This document shows, in pieces, positions 21,154-34,352 of a stretch of 64,000 nt of DNA. Made by a program: the position numbers and the translations under genes. Location: assembly GCA_051294375.1 (NCBI GenBank), contig CM119265.1, positions 22,964,099 through 23,028,098 of the forward strand, in the 5' to 3' direction. The notes below the pieces were generated by a model. That model was not told the DNA's origin. It searched no databases and was given only the letters and a program-made list of their open reading frames with translations. How positions within the stretch are numbered: the first letter of the stretch is position 1; each line of letters starts with the position of its first letter. Origin of the DNA: Paraspadella gotoi. Its lineage: Eukaryota; Animalia; Chaetognatha.

Positions 21154-24100
21154 GCCCTCATGAAACGCCGAACGCCAATGGCGTTGCGTTCTCTCCCAAT
21201 CGCGAGGACTCGTGCCGTTTAACGGCCGACGGACCAATGAGAGCGCTTTTTTCGAAGGTTAGGGCGCCGATCGACCAATCGGAAAGCAGATAGAGAATCT
21301 CGACGTTTATACTAAACTTTAGGGGAGAAGAGCGAATATGGAACAAGAAAAAGACGTCTTTTGTTGAATTTGATTTTGCGATTCAAGACTCTTTCGACAT
21401 CTGACGGATTTAGAAGATGTTACTGTTAGTGCTGCATTTTGTTTTTATTTTTTTCCTTGTCTCTTAAATTGTACATAAACACGCGAATTCAATTTTTCTC
21501 TTTCTCTAATTGACTAAATAAATACCCAAAGCTTTCTCAAATTATATTGCTCTAATTTAACCACTCATTAAAAGTTGAATGCCGCGAAAGTAAATTATCA
21601 TTTAGAAACATTGATTTTGACCCTTGTTAATGTGAGTTGACTAAGGATTCGGATAACAAAATTTCTAATTTCAGTTTCCAATTAGTTCTTATGTTCCTAG
21701 CGAGACAGAGCGAGAGAACCCAGGATTTCGGAAAAGTTAATAAAAGTTTATCGCTCGTGAGAACCTCGTGATTCGCTTATGAAAAATGATGGGATCGGCG
21801 TTGTTTACAACCATTCTACGCGAACGGACCCCTAGAAGAAAGAAAGAAAGGAAGAGAGAAGAGAGAGAGAGAGAGGAAAGAGAGAGAGGAGAGAGAGAGA
21901 GAAGAGGTCGTGATTCGGATTCCCTGCCGTAAATCAGCCGCCGCTATTTCATTCTTTTGTTTACTCCTTCCACCGCCGCCACCGCCAGTTCCCCCCGCTT
22001 TCGCTTCCGCTTCGCCCTCGCTTCCGCCGCCCCCTCTTCGGCCGCCTCCGCTTCCGCCGCCACTTTCGCGGAGACCCCCTTCTATCTCTCCGCCGGAATC
22101 GAAGGCCAAAGGTTCTGTTTTGCTTTTTCATCCATTTTCGGTTTCGATTGCGGCGTCGAGCGGCGCTCGATCTCGGCACCATTTTCGACGCCGGCGTCAT
22201 CCGGTGCCATCTTCTCTGTGATTCCGATGACGACCCCCCCCTTTTTTTTTGCGAGAGGGGGGGGAGAGTCGGTTTTTTCTCTTTTCTTATTCTCGCATCT
22301 TTAGTCTTTCTTCTCTCCAATTCTCTTAGTTCTTCGTTTCTTCATTTTTTTTATCTTCCTCTTTGATTAGATACCAATTCATTATTTAATTACTTCCGCG
22401 TCGCTCAGTTCTGTAAAATTTATCACTTTGTTAATTCTTTTTATAATAAAACTTAATTCATTTTTCTCATTAATTCATTTTACTCATCTAAACCCAATCA
22501 ATACTACTCTTTCTCTTTTCAGACTTTTAATTTACTATTAAAGTTTCTCCGCTCAGCGAGTTTTGCCTCCATTAAAAAGATTTGGATGTAAACAAAGCGA
22601 GTGACAAATTTAAAATAAACAAACGGGCGAAAGAAAGATACATGAAAGGCGTTTGGAGCTTTAGTTCTCTCTGAACTCTTGCCTTTAAATGTGTTGACGA
22701 CGAATTGCGTGTGAAGGAACCTGCAGTCCTTTTCTTAACTAAAACAACATATCTCTTTCTAATTCTTCTCTCTCTCTCTCTCTCTTCCTCCTTCTTCTCT
22801 CTCTCTCTCCTCCTCTCTCTCTCTCTCATCCTCCCTTTCTGTTTTGGTCATAAATCTCGTCATAATTCGTTGGTTCCGTAATTTTTTTCATTCCACTTCT
22901 TTGGACGTTTTTGTTTTCCCTTTTATTTTGTTATTATTTTTAGAAGTAATTTATTTTTCTCTTTCTCTATAGAACTTTTGAATGAAACGTTCGTGACGGG
23001 CGAAGCTGGATCTTTTTCTTTTCTTCTCGCGAATTCACGCCGCGTTTTGTTCCTTCACATTTTTTTCTTTCTCCTCCCTTCTTTGCTCCACTCAATTTTA
23101 TCAGCCCTTTCCCTCTTCCCCCTCTTTTATGTAATTACCTCGAAACTTTTTTATATAATTATATTTCAACCGTTAATTTTTTAAACCCATTTTTAATTAA
23201 GAAACGCCAACCCTTATTTCTATTTCATCTTTATCTCCCCCTTCTTATATCCCGCTCTTATCCTATCACCCCATCTCTTTTGTTTCGCTCTCATTTTATC
23301 TCCCCCCCTCAATTTCACGTTCATTTTATCTTCCCCTTATCTCCATTTTATTTCTTTTTCTGTTTAACCGGAGTTCTTTTGTTTTTAATGATCGCCCGGC
23401 CTATCTCTCTCTCCCATTCTCGTTCGCTTCGCTATCGTTAACCATTGGCATCTTTTTTTTTCTCCTTTTTTTTGCGCGATTGTTTGTTTGTTTACTTTTC
23501 GCTCGCGCTTGGCTGAGCTTAATATTAGCCTAGCCGATGAAATTTAAATGCTAATGTATACAGCGTTAAAATAATCTATCATGACCATAGATTATGGTAT
23601 TAAATTTTTTTTGTCAAAATGCTTTCTTTCTGAGGGTACTAGCCTAATTAAAATATTATATTACTATATAGAGGAAAAAAAATTTTTAAAATCTTAAAAT
23701 TTTTTGATGGATTCTGATAGAGCATAAAAAGTTAAACAAGAAATATAATTACAGCTTTTAAAAATTCTTACGTTTTTCTAGGTGAAAAATATAAAAACTA
23801 ATAAAATCATCGAAAGATGATGATGATGATGATTTTTTATGGTTTTTCTTATTTTTGACACACTTATCGTAAAAATATTTAAAAAAGAATTATACTTTTG
23901 TGTAGACAACTTTTTATGAGCTATCTGAATCTGGTCTTAAAATTAAAATTTCAAAAAAAAATTTTGGCCTTTCCTATCTATAAATAAATATTAAAAAATT
24001 AATTACTAGGTATAGAGCCATATTAGAAATTTTTGTCCATTGAAAGTTATTCTTAAAAATGTCTAAATATTCGTTTGAGAATGTACTCACTCTAAATTTT

Positions 24101-24660
24101 TGACTCACCCCATTGAGTGCGGCTACCCCTACTTAAATTCATTTCTTTCTTTGTTTCTGTCATGATTTTCGTTGTCGTTTGGTTGTATCCATCTTCTTCT
24201 ATAGTTTCTTTCTTTCTTTCTTTCTTTGTATTTTTCTCTCTTTCTTTCTCCCTTTTCTTTCCTCCCTTTCATATCTCCCTTTCCTTTCCACATTTCCTTA
24301 ACTCCCTTTCCTTTCCCCACTTTCCTTTCTTCTCTCTTTTTTTCTCTTTTCCTATCTTTCCTTTTTCTCACTTTCCTTCCCATTTTTTCATTCCTACCTT
24401 TCATTTTCTCCCTACTTTCTTCTCTTCTTAATCCCTTTCCTTTTCCCTATTTCCTTTCTCTCTTTACTTCCCCCTTTCTTTCCTCCCTTCTCCAATTATT
24501 TCCCTCCCTTTTCCTTTTCCTCCTTTCTCACCCGCAACGCTGTTTCCTTGTTTAGCATCGATCCTCCATTGTGTTTCCGCTTCTTCATTTGAATATCAAG
24601 CGGAAGATTTATGGCGGCCGAGTCCTGGAAAAATTGCAAAAGCCCCCATCGCCACTGTTT

Positions 24661-24945
24661 GCCCCTAAGGTAGGTTCCCTTTCTTCTATGCTGCGTGTCT
24701 TCTCTCACTCCGTATTCCCCCTTAAGGTAGGGTGCCTCTTCTTATGCTCCCGTCTTCTCTCACTCCGTATTCCCCCTTAAGGTAGGGTGCCTCGAGATAC
24801 ATGCCTCTGTCTTACCCTGTTTGCCTTGAGGTAAAATGCGACGCTCAAGCTAACGTCCACCTTTTGATCCTGAGGTGATCTCTCCTCTTTCCAATGATGG
24901 TTGTCGCTTTCCATTTCCCGCTTCCCTCCCAAGGTAGGGTGCTCA
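24661..24945. repeat. ~56-bp tandem repeat with conserved AAGGTAGG(G) core
   Basis: Core at 24667, 24724, 24779 and 24931. tcttctctcactccgtattcccccttaaggtagggtgcctc occurs twice verbatim. Confidence 0.8.
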
Positions 24946-25677
24946 TCCGACTTCGCCTTTTGCACCCACGGCTAGATTCCCTCTGACCATCACAGTCAAT
25001 TTCGCTCCCCGCGGCTGGGAGAATCATTTTTTGTTCGCTCCAGTTTGAACCATTCGCGTTTGTTTCTTTACTTAATCTTTCATTCCTCACCCTCGCGTCC
25101 CTCAATTCTCTCTTCCTCACCCTCCCCTTAACATTGGCCTGCTAGACCGACCGACCGCCTGCCCTCCTTCTCCGAGTTCGCATCTCTCACTCTATCTTCT
25201 TCGCGCATCTCGTTTCACGGTCGACTCTTCGCTCTTCACGTGAACTTATTGATCTTTTGATTTGTTTCACTCATTGTGTTTCGGTTTCGTTATTCGTCTT
25301 TTTTTATTTAACTTCGGCTTAAGGTTCTGCTTCGTCTACTCGGGGTCAGCTTTTGCCGTCTTGTCCAGTCTGTGTTCGAAAGGTCAGTCCATTTTTCAAT
25401 CGCATTTTCTGACCCACTTTTTCTACGTTTTTTTTTTCTTCAAGACGACTCGCTGTCTATTTCGCCGCAACTGGATTTTTTTCTTCCGCTCTCTAGAACA
25501 AACCCATCCTGCACATTAATCATAGAGGTTCTAGTAACCTTTATATTCACGGTTTAATTGTCTTATTTATAAAAAAATGTAAATGTTTTGTTCGCGTTTA
25601 GAGTATAATAATTAAATTTAAATCAATCAGTCCAGCCAATACCGTTTTTTTCCCTCGCTACGGTTTCAATTTCCCGA

Positions 25678-25830
25678 CTCATCTCAAACCCCGATTTTGC
25701 CACATCAGTCTCATCTTTATCTCCCTTTCTCTTTCTGATCTCTTTCCTCTTTTCATCTCATCTCAAACCCCGATCCTGCAACATCAGTCTCATCTTTATC
25801 TCCCTTTCTCTTTCTGGTCTCTTTCCTCCT
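25678..25830. repeat. ~80-bp tandem duplication
   Basis: ctcatctcaaaccccgat...catcagtctcatctttatctccctttctctttctg occurs twice. Confidence 0.85.
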
Positions 25831-26222
25831 TTCTCCTCTCGCCCCGATTATTTTCAAAGGCCTCGTTGGTCTCACGATACAACGCTGCTTTGGCAGAGGA
25901 GGAAATCAAATTAGGGAAGAAGAAAAAGAAAGAGAGGAGAAAGACAAAGAAAAAAAGGATGAGAAATAAAGGAAAAAGAAAAGGGTAAGGAAAAGGAAGA
26001 GAAATAAGACAATATAGAATAAAAAGAAAAGAGAATATGAAAAAGAAAACGGTAGGAAAAGGAAGAAAAATAAGACAATATAGAATAAAAAGAAAAGAGA
26101 ATATGAAAAAGAAAAATGTCGGAAAATATCAAGTAAAATAGAAAAAAAAATAACGTAATTCTTTCGAAAGAAACTAAATATACTAGAACTTGTTAGCGTA
26201 AAGTTAATGATAACCCTTCCTT

Positions 26223-26988
26223 ATAAACCTAACCCCATCCTATTACGCAGCCTCCGCAGCGCGCATGTCTACACTTACCACAAACGCTTTTCGCTTTTCC
26301 TCTCTTCCAGTATTACACTTTTTTGATTAGTGTATTGTAAGCGTCTTTCTCCCTTCATTAGTTAATTGAATCTAATCACCCTTAGGCTAATGTTCGAGCG
26401 CACAAAAACTCTTAGCCGAAACTAAATTCTTTCCCCGTCCCAAGCCCGATGCGAAGGCGCGGAGTAATAAACAGANNNNNNNNNNNNNNNNNNNNNNNNN
26501 CGCTCGAAGCATTAGCCTAAGGGATGATGATCAATTACTAAGAGGGAGAAGACAATTAATACTAATCAAAAAGTTAAATATTTTCATAAATAAAAAAANN
26601 NNNNNNNNTAAACCTAACCCCATCTTATTACGCAGCCTCCGCAGCGCGCATGTCTCCACTTACCACAAACGCTTTTCGCTTTTCCTCTCTTCCTCTNNNN
26701 NNNNNNNNNNNNNNNNNNNNNNNNNNNNNNNNNNNNNNNNNNNNNNNNNNNNNNNNNNNNNNNNNNNNNNNNNNNNNNNNNNNNNNNNNNNNNNNNNNNN
26801 NNNNNNNNNNNNNNNNNNNNNNNNNNNNNNNNNNNNNNNNNNNNNNNNNNNNNNNNNNNNNNNNNNNNNNNNNNNNNNNNNNNNNNNNNNNCGCTCGAAG
26901 CATTAGCCTAAGGGATGATGATCAATTACTATGAGGGAGAAGACGATTAATACTAATCAAAAAGTTAAAAATTATCATAAATAAAAAA
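26223..26988. repeat. Gap-interrupted direct duplication containing an ~80-bp inverted repeat (MITE-like, ~26318-26573)
   Basis: taaacctaaccccatc...ttcctctcttcc at ~26223 and 26609. cgctcgaagcattagcctaaggg at 26501 and 26892, with its reverse complement at ~26379-26400. Confidence 0.6.
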
Positions 26989-28980
26989 ATATGTGAAAAA
27001 AAATCGTTTAAAAGTAGAAAAGTTTCAAACTAGTTTAACATAATAACAAACAAATTTACTTTAGTCGGTTTATTGGAAGAAACTGCAGTTTTTCATGTTT
27101 TTTTTTCTTCGCGCAGTGTTTTGGTTCCTCTCATTTTAAAAGGTTTTTCTTTCCGTGTGACTTACGTTGTTCATTTACATTGATGCGCCACAGATGACAA
27201 GGCAAACTCTTACTTTAAAGCTATAAAGGGAATATCATTTTTAATTTCATTTGATTTCGCCTATTGGATTTTTCATATATTAGATATTTATCCTCATCGA
27301 AAAGTCACTCACTCATTAGAGTTCATTATCATTATTATCATCGAATTTCATCGTAAAACTGTGACACTGATAATAAGAACCAAAATGAAAAATGTCAAGA
27401 AAAATATAAAACAGATGGCAGTTTGTCTACCGGAAGAGAAAGTAGGCGATGATGATGATGATGACGATGATGCTCCACGTCAAAGATTAATCCCCTTTTG
27501 GTCTTGAAATACAAAGAACGTTAAAATTGTCTCGAGAGAGAAATTAGCTTTCCCTGACTTTCGCTCCTCTCGAGTATAGCATTCCGTTTCCAGGGCCCAT
27601 TGTATATTATTGCAGCGCCCATTGTATCGACATAATACGTGGTACCGATAGTAAAAGGCAACAAAAACTCACGAAATTGACCTTTTCTCTGTTGTTTCGT
27701 TGTGTTGCAGTGTTTGTTTGTTTTAAATTTACAACAGAAGTGTGAGTCCTTAGGTTATGACAACCTTTTCTGCTCCCTTCTATCGTATTTACAATTTTTG
27801 TGAGGAAGTTATTACATTACAAATGTATATTCTGGTACGGATTGTATCGAGGGAAAAGTAAAAGTCTAACGTGGAACCGAGCGGAATATTTTTCAAAACC
27901 CATCGTTTCAGTTCATGCATTGAAAAATATTTTTTTGGCCGTTAATGTTTTAAAAAAGTCCTTTGTCCTTTGTGCCACAAAAAAAGCTCTTGTGGCATCG
28001 TCTGAAATAAAAAAGTCTTTTGTGGCACCTACTACTAAAATAAAAATTTCTTTGTGGCACCTAATGAAATAAAAAAAACCTATTTCGGCTTTCCGGCACC
28101 TATTGTATTAGAAAGGTCTCTCGTGGTCCCTATTGTACCCACAGGTCTCTTTCTGGTTGTTATTTTACGCGCGTCTTCCGCCCCCACTTTCCACTCACAC
28201 ACAAAAATAGAGAAGTTCAGGGGGCGACGAGGGACGAGGGACGAGAGCCGAGGGACGCCGCAGTTTTGTCGGAAAAAACCCAAAATCGGAAATACCAACT
28301 TTTTATAGCTGTCGCTCTTTCTCTCGCTCTCTTTTTCTTTTTCCTTTATCTCTCTTACTCTCTCTCTCTCTCTTCTCTCTTTTTCTTTTTCTTCTGCTTT
28401 TTCTTCTCTTGTATTCTCTTTTTTTGGTTCGTGTTGCTCGGTTTGCTGTATCGTTTTGTTTGGTTATGTCGTGTGATTGTGTTTTACTTTTTCAGCTAAA
28501 AGAATCTTTTTTAACTAGATTAAGATGGTTTCTTCTTTATTTCGCACTCCTTCTTTCTTCTCTCGCTCTATATTTTTATTTCCTCTCCCTTATGTGTCTG
28601 GCTCTTTATCTTCTTTAATTCGCTCTTTATAGCCTTTCTGTGGGAAAAAGATATACATTTTATCTTACTATTTCATTTTTAGTATTATATGTGAAAAATA
28701 AACAAATATTGAGTTCAATTAAATTAGCTTGTAGATTTATCTTTGGATGTAGTTTTGTTATTGTATTAGTGTACGTCATGGTGGGTTTGGGGTCGTTGTT
28801 TTGTTGTTGTTTTTTTTTTTTGGCGTTTTTGGTATTTTTTTGTTTTGGTTTTTTTTTTTTTTTTATTCTTTTTGATTTTTTTTATTTGTTTATGTTTTGT
28901 TTTTGTTTATTTGTTTTTTTTGTGTATGGTTTTGTTTTTTTTTTGGTTTTTTTTTCGTGTTTGGTTTTTTGTGTTTTTTG

Positions 28981-29019
<39 letters not shown>

Positions 29020-29571
29020 TTGTTAAGAAGCCTGGAAACTGAAGCTTATAATTAACAGATATATGATTATTAAAAAAAACTGTACGGAAAAATTTGAAAT
29101 TATGTTGGTGTGAATTTCGAGTGAAAATTTTAGTTCAGTTTGTAGACTTATTTTAAATTTTTGGAGGTATAACTGCAGGGGTTAATTTTTATAAAATCAT
29201 TATATTCCTCAACATTTTAACAAAAGAAACTTTTTCATTCGCTGTTTTTTCCATTCTTGCAGCGATGGGAGAAAGAAACCGACCTCTCGGCCTCAATGCA
29301 CTTTGGGTTGTTTTTTTCCGTCCGAAAGCGAATTTGGGGAAACTTGAACAACATTGCACTTGGGTTGCCTGATTTGGAGTTTGGCTGGGTAAGGGTAAGG
29401 CTGGGTAAGTTTGGCTGGGTAAGGCTTCAGGGACGAGAGAAGGCGCATCTCTTTTGGAGGTGAATAGAGGTGGTGACAGGGTGGTAGGGGTGGTGGCTGG
29501 AGTGGTGGGGGTGGAAGGAAGGAAAACGAAGGACAAGGTCGAAGCAAAAAAGACATGGATCTCTGAGAGAG

Positions 29572-29643
<72 letters not shown>

Positions 29644-30083
29644 GGGAGAATGTGAAAGACCTGAAACTGGATGAAACGAGGTTGGGATTAAAAAATACCA
29701 ACTAAGCTAGAAAAAAAATAATAAGGAAGCAATGAGAAGTAATAAATTAAATAAATAATAAAGAGTAGAGGAAGAAATGATAGTGAAGATGATCTTAAAA
29801 TAAGAAAGAGAGAGCAATGAAGCTTGAAAAATCTTGGGAGAACTCTTCGACAGTAAAAAAAAAAGGACATCTAAAAGAACTGTCAAGACAAGATAAAACT
29901 CGGAGGAGAGCTGGGAAGAAGGTACAAATTGACAATAAGTAACACATTGGTCAATAGACAATACCGACCAAATTGGGCAACGAGAAAGTAAGGTTTGTCT
30001 CAAATATGGAAATATCGAAATTTAATTCGATAACAAAGAAAGAAAAAGACGAACGATGATTTTTAAAACGAAAGACGAGAGTC

Positions 30084-30619
30084 TCATTCGACGGCCAAGT
30101 CTTTCTTCAGCGAACTCGCGGTCGCCCACACGAACGCATCGACGTTGGACAGTTTCGTCGTCGACATCGAGGTCGTCATCGTCTCCGTCGTCGTAGTCGT
30201 CGCCGTCATTGGCGTTAAAACGACGCCGCTCTCTTCGGCGTCACTCCGTTTCCTCTTCGTCCAACCGGAAACGAGTTTTGAGTCGGCGTTGGCGCCGTAA
30301 TTCGCGTCCTTGACGCCGCGTTTCGAGGCATCCTTGGCGGCGTTCTTTGCGGCGTTTTTGGCGCCATCTCTCCGTCCCGATTTGGCGACCGTCTTCATCG
30401 GAATCATTCGTGTCGTTTCGTCGAAATCGTCGCTGGATTCCTCCTCCTCTTCCTCCTCCTCCTCCTCCTCCTCTTCCTCTTTTTCCACTTCTCCGTCGAC
30501 CGCCTCTTCCAAAATTGTTTGTCTGTTGTTGTAGTAACCAAGATGGCCGAAGACATTGCGGGGAACGTTGGGGGCGTAGTTGGGGAGGGAGATGCTGGAG
30601 TGAGAGAGAGAGAGGGGAG

Positions 30620-30658
<39 letters not shown>

Positions 30659-30885
30659 CGATTTGATTTAATAACTGCTGGTATCGATTATTTGGTATTA
30701 TGTACATTAATAGATTCTGGTATCTTTGGTTTCCGTTCAGAAAATCGATTTATAACTAAAGAAGACGCCACATCTGTTACCGTCTTTTTTGGATTTTCAG
30801 ATTAACTGAATCGAATAAAAATAAAAATAAAAATAAAAAATAATAAAAATAATAAAAATAATAAAAATAATAAAAATAAAATAAA

Positions 30886-30941
<56 letters not shown>

Positions 30942-31249
30942 TAATAAAAATAGATAAACGATTCTACCTCCGCTGAACCGAAGAAACGAATCATCCGGAC
31001 TTACCCATAATTCTCCGGCGTCTCTTCTCCACCGACGTCGGTCCACGCCCCTTCCGGCGCGATGGGCGTCACTTCCGGTCTCTGCGACGGCGCCGCGAGA
31101 CTCCGCGTCTTCGCTTCCATCTTCTTCTCCGGCGTCGAACGCAATTCCGAGTAATCGAATCCGTAGGAGGCGCTTCCGTCTTCTCTTCCTCCTCCTCTTC
31201 CTCCTTCGAGCTCGTCCAGCATGATGTCCACGTCGATGTCTGTGAAGAC
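30084..31249 (-). CDS. Last two exons of an unidentified protein (acidic, low-complexity C-terminus)
   Basis: Exon 31249-31005 (CAG acceptor, VFTDIDVDIMLDELEGG...ETPENY, donor GTAAGT, phase 2) joins in frame to exon 30594-30084 (ISLPNYAPNVPRNVFGHLGYYNNRQTILEE, poly-E, ...DAFVWATASSLKKDLAVE*). Composition is GC-rich like the other exons. Upstream exons not found. Confidence 0.65.
30815..30950. repeat. (AAT)n/(AAAT)n microsatellite
   Basis: Directly visible; also at ~50990-51140. Confidence 0.9.
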
Positions 31250-31468
31250 CTGTGATGTGAAAATTGGAAAATATGAAAATGTAAACAAAGGTACATGGCT
31301 CTTTGTCTCTCACTGGGCTGTACAAAATAAATCTTTGTTTAATATCGATAATAAAACCGTTTTATAAGAGAGAAAATCACTTTGCATGAAAGAAAAGGCA
31401 ATTTATTCCAGTCAATTACAACATCTGGTACCCTGAGCAATGAGCAATTAGCATAGGTTAATGACTAT

Positions 31469-31937
31469 TATGCCGGAACAGGTTAAAAACTAGAAGTTCT
31501 TTCAAAAAAATAATGGTTAAGTGACTGTTTTTTTTTAATAGATTCTGATAGAGCTTTAAAAGTTAGATAAAGGTTATTAATAAAAATTTTTAAAAATCTT
31601 TTGTTTTATTTATAAAAATTTAAAAAAACTATAAAATTCAGCCAATGATGATGATGATGATGATTTTTTAAGGTTTTTCTATTTTTTTTCAAAATTTTAA
31701 CTTTCATTTTAATTTTAACTTTTCAAGGCTCCTATAGGGAATTCGTTCTTAAAAAATACAATTTAAAAAAAAATTGTTATTTTTATATATTAATAAATAT
31801 TTAAAAGCTTCAGTGCAAACAACCCAGTGAACTAATTCCAAAAAGTTGCATTGAAAAATCGATTTAGTACTAGAAGGAAGAAATTTTTTGAAGAGAACTA
31901 AAAGTTATAAAAAAGTGTTCAATTTTGGCCCGGCTTA
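31469..31937. mobile_element. hAT-type MITE, 469 bp, 8-bp TSD
   Basis: TSD ATGACTAT at 31461-31468 and 31938-31945. TIRs tatgccggaac / ggcccggctta. Both ends match the element at 15933-16200. Confidence 0.85.
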
Positions 31938-32142
31938 ATGACTATATTACATTCAGAACGACGAGCAGAGCTCAAGAGTGGATGAATCTTAACCAGTTTC
32001 CCGACAACTTTTCCTATTTTTTCAATGTCAAAAAAATGTAACGTTCACACTTTGAACTTTCATAATTCTGAGAAGTGAAATTTGAATGAAAGAAAACTCT
32101 TGAAAAGGGAATTGATTAAAAAAAGGGCTGAGGCTTTCGAGA

Positions 32143-32161
32143 GGACGACGACGAACGACGA

Positions 32162-32197
<36 letters not shown>

Positions 32198-32520
32198 TTT
32201 TGAATTTAAAGGGGACGCGCGTCAGCGACCACAACAACAACGACAACAACGACAAGGCGTGAGAAGAGACTGCGATTAAGACGTCGACTTCGCATATGAA
32301 TTCGATGATGACGATGATGATGACGACGATCACGATAATGACAGTGATGATAATGACGACAAAACTGTTATACCATTTGGAAAAAAAAACGACAAAAATG
32401 TCTTAAATGACGAATACAACGACGACGACGATGACAACGACAATAGTCGACGGTGTCAAAACCGACGTCATAAAAAAAAGCGAAGATGACAAAAACGACA
32501 ACGATAAAAATGACGACGTT
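32143..32520. repeat. (GAC/GAT/AAC)n compound microsatellite
   Basis: Directly visible; second copy ~52400-52820. Confidence 0.85.
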
Positions 32521-32751
32521 GAAGAATAAAAACTGACAAAATGAGAATAGAATAAATATCGAACGAAAAATAGGAATAGAATATGAAAGGTAAAATCGAG
32601 GCAAAATAAAAAATTAATAAATAAATGTCAAGGTTAAAAACACTTCCCATGTTTTCATAAACTCAACTATTCAAATCATTAAAGCTTTCCTTGGAAGAAA
32701 ATTTGGTTTTCCGCTGTGTGCCTTGCTGGACGCGCCTGGTTCTCTCTCTCT

Positions 32752-32791
<40 letters not shown>

Positions 32792-33898
32792 GCTCTCTCG
32801 TCTCCTCTCTCTCCTCTTGAGCATGATTTACTGCCATCTGGCGCGCGGACGGCAAAAAAAAAAAGGGTCTACAATATGCAAATGATTTTTAAAAACTTTT
32901 TTTCCCTCTCTCAACTCAAGTAATGCGATAGCCGTTCAATATTCATCTTTTGATGGAAAATAGCAGATGGGGAGGTGTGGTTAAGCATCGTGGGAGGAGT
33001 GTGTAGATGGTAATTGTGGTTAAGGGGGAAGTGTGGAGTAGTAGTGTGGTTAAGCTCTTTTTGGGGGTTCCGGGTGCAGCGTTTAGAAAGTGTGACCGAG
33101 CGCTTGATGTGGCAAATAGGGGAAGAGTGGTTAAATACTTGACAGAATGTGTGAGGTTCACTCCTTGAATGACGAACAAGCCAATAAGAATTGAAAGGAT
33201 TACCGCTTCGTTGTCATGGGAAACCGAAAAAGCTGGTGAGATTGAGAATGTAACAAAGAGGCGCGTTAGAGATTCCCTGTTGAGAAATCGAGGAGGGGAA
33301 TAGAAGTTGCGAGGTGAGGATTTCTCGGAAAAGAGGTAAGGACGAGATGCAACGCCGCGCCCCCAAGCGGCTCTTCATTCATGCCTCTTTTTTTTATCCA
33401 GGGGGAGGAAGGCCGTTGGGGGGGCGATTGATTGGGGACGAGGGAAGGAACCCGCGGGCATTTTTTTTTCTTTCTGTCTCTTCCCTTCGCCTCCCTCCTT
33501 CTCTCTCCGCGATCGCGCGTGAAACCGAAAGTGAATAAATCACGAGGAAAAATCGGATGCAGAGGAATTTCCGGATTCGAAAAATAATTTATGGGGAAAA
33601 ATATCGGAGATCGCGATGGATTTTTTTTTTNNNNNNNNNNNNNNNNNNNNNNNNNATTCGGAAATCTTGAAGCGGGTCTCTACTCATCTCTCTCTCTCTC
33701 TTCTACTCTCCTCTCTCTCTCGCTCTCTTCTCTCTTGCTCTCTCTTCTTCTCTCTCTCTCGTCTCGCTCTCTCATCTCCTAGCTCTACTTTTACTTTGCG
33801 AAATGTGACGCATGAATAGGAAAAGTGACGAATTTGACGAGAAGATGTGAAGATATATTTCGAAGGAGGAGGGGTCGATGCTCCAGTTGAAAGAAGAG

Positions 33899-33950
<52 letters not shown>

Positions 33951-34313
33951 AGAGAAGAAAAAAGAGAAGACGAAAGTTGACAAGAAGAACAGGGAAATAT
34001 GATTGGGAGGTGAAAAGTATGGTATAGAAGAACAGAGGAAAAAAAAAGGCAAAAAAAAAAAAAAAGAAAAGAAAGAAAGAAAGGAATGAAAAGAATGAAA
34101 AACAAAAAAATTACATAAGAGAAAAGATAGAAAAAAGAAAAAAAAAAAACGAAATAAAGAAAAAAGAATCAAATGAAAAGAAAGGGAAAAAAAACCAAAT
34201 ACCTCCTTAAAAACTTTCTCAAAGAGATGAGAACACTGGAGTCACAAAAAGTCATTTCGTTGTGAATGACCAAACGTTTACGACCTACTTTCTTTCCATT
34301 CTCTCTCTCTCTC

Positions 34314-34352
<39 letters not shown>

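Larger units (their letters stand above)
17772..24352. repeat. Right arm of the ~7-kb inverted duplication
   Basis: Reverse complement of ~10141-17556, starting at the N gap 17747-17771. Confidence 0.95.

Noticed and set aside
24661-24945. CRISPR-like repeat/spacer pattern
   Set aside because: The intervening sequences are near-identical to each other, spacing is irregular, the context is eukaryotic and there are no cas genes.
29165-29185. piggyBac-like end (ctgcaggggTTAA)
   Set aside because: No matching opposite end was found, so it is too short to support.
32943-33179. 78-aa minus-strand ORF as an upstream exon of the 30-31 kb gene
   Set aside because: No clear splice sites, no recognisable motif, and the frame is not kept in copy B.
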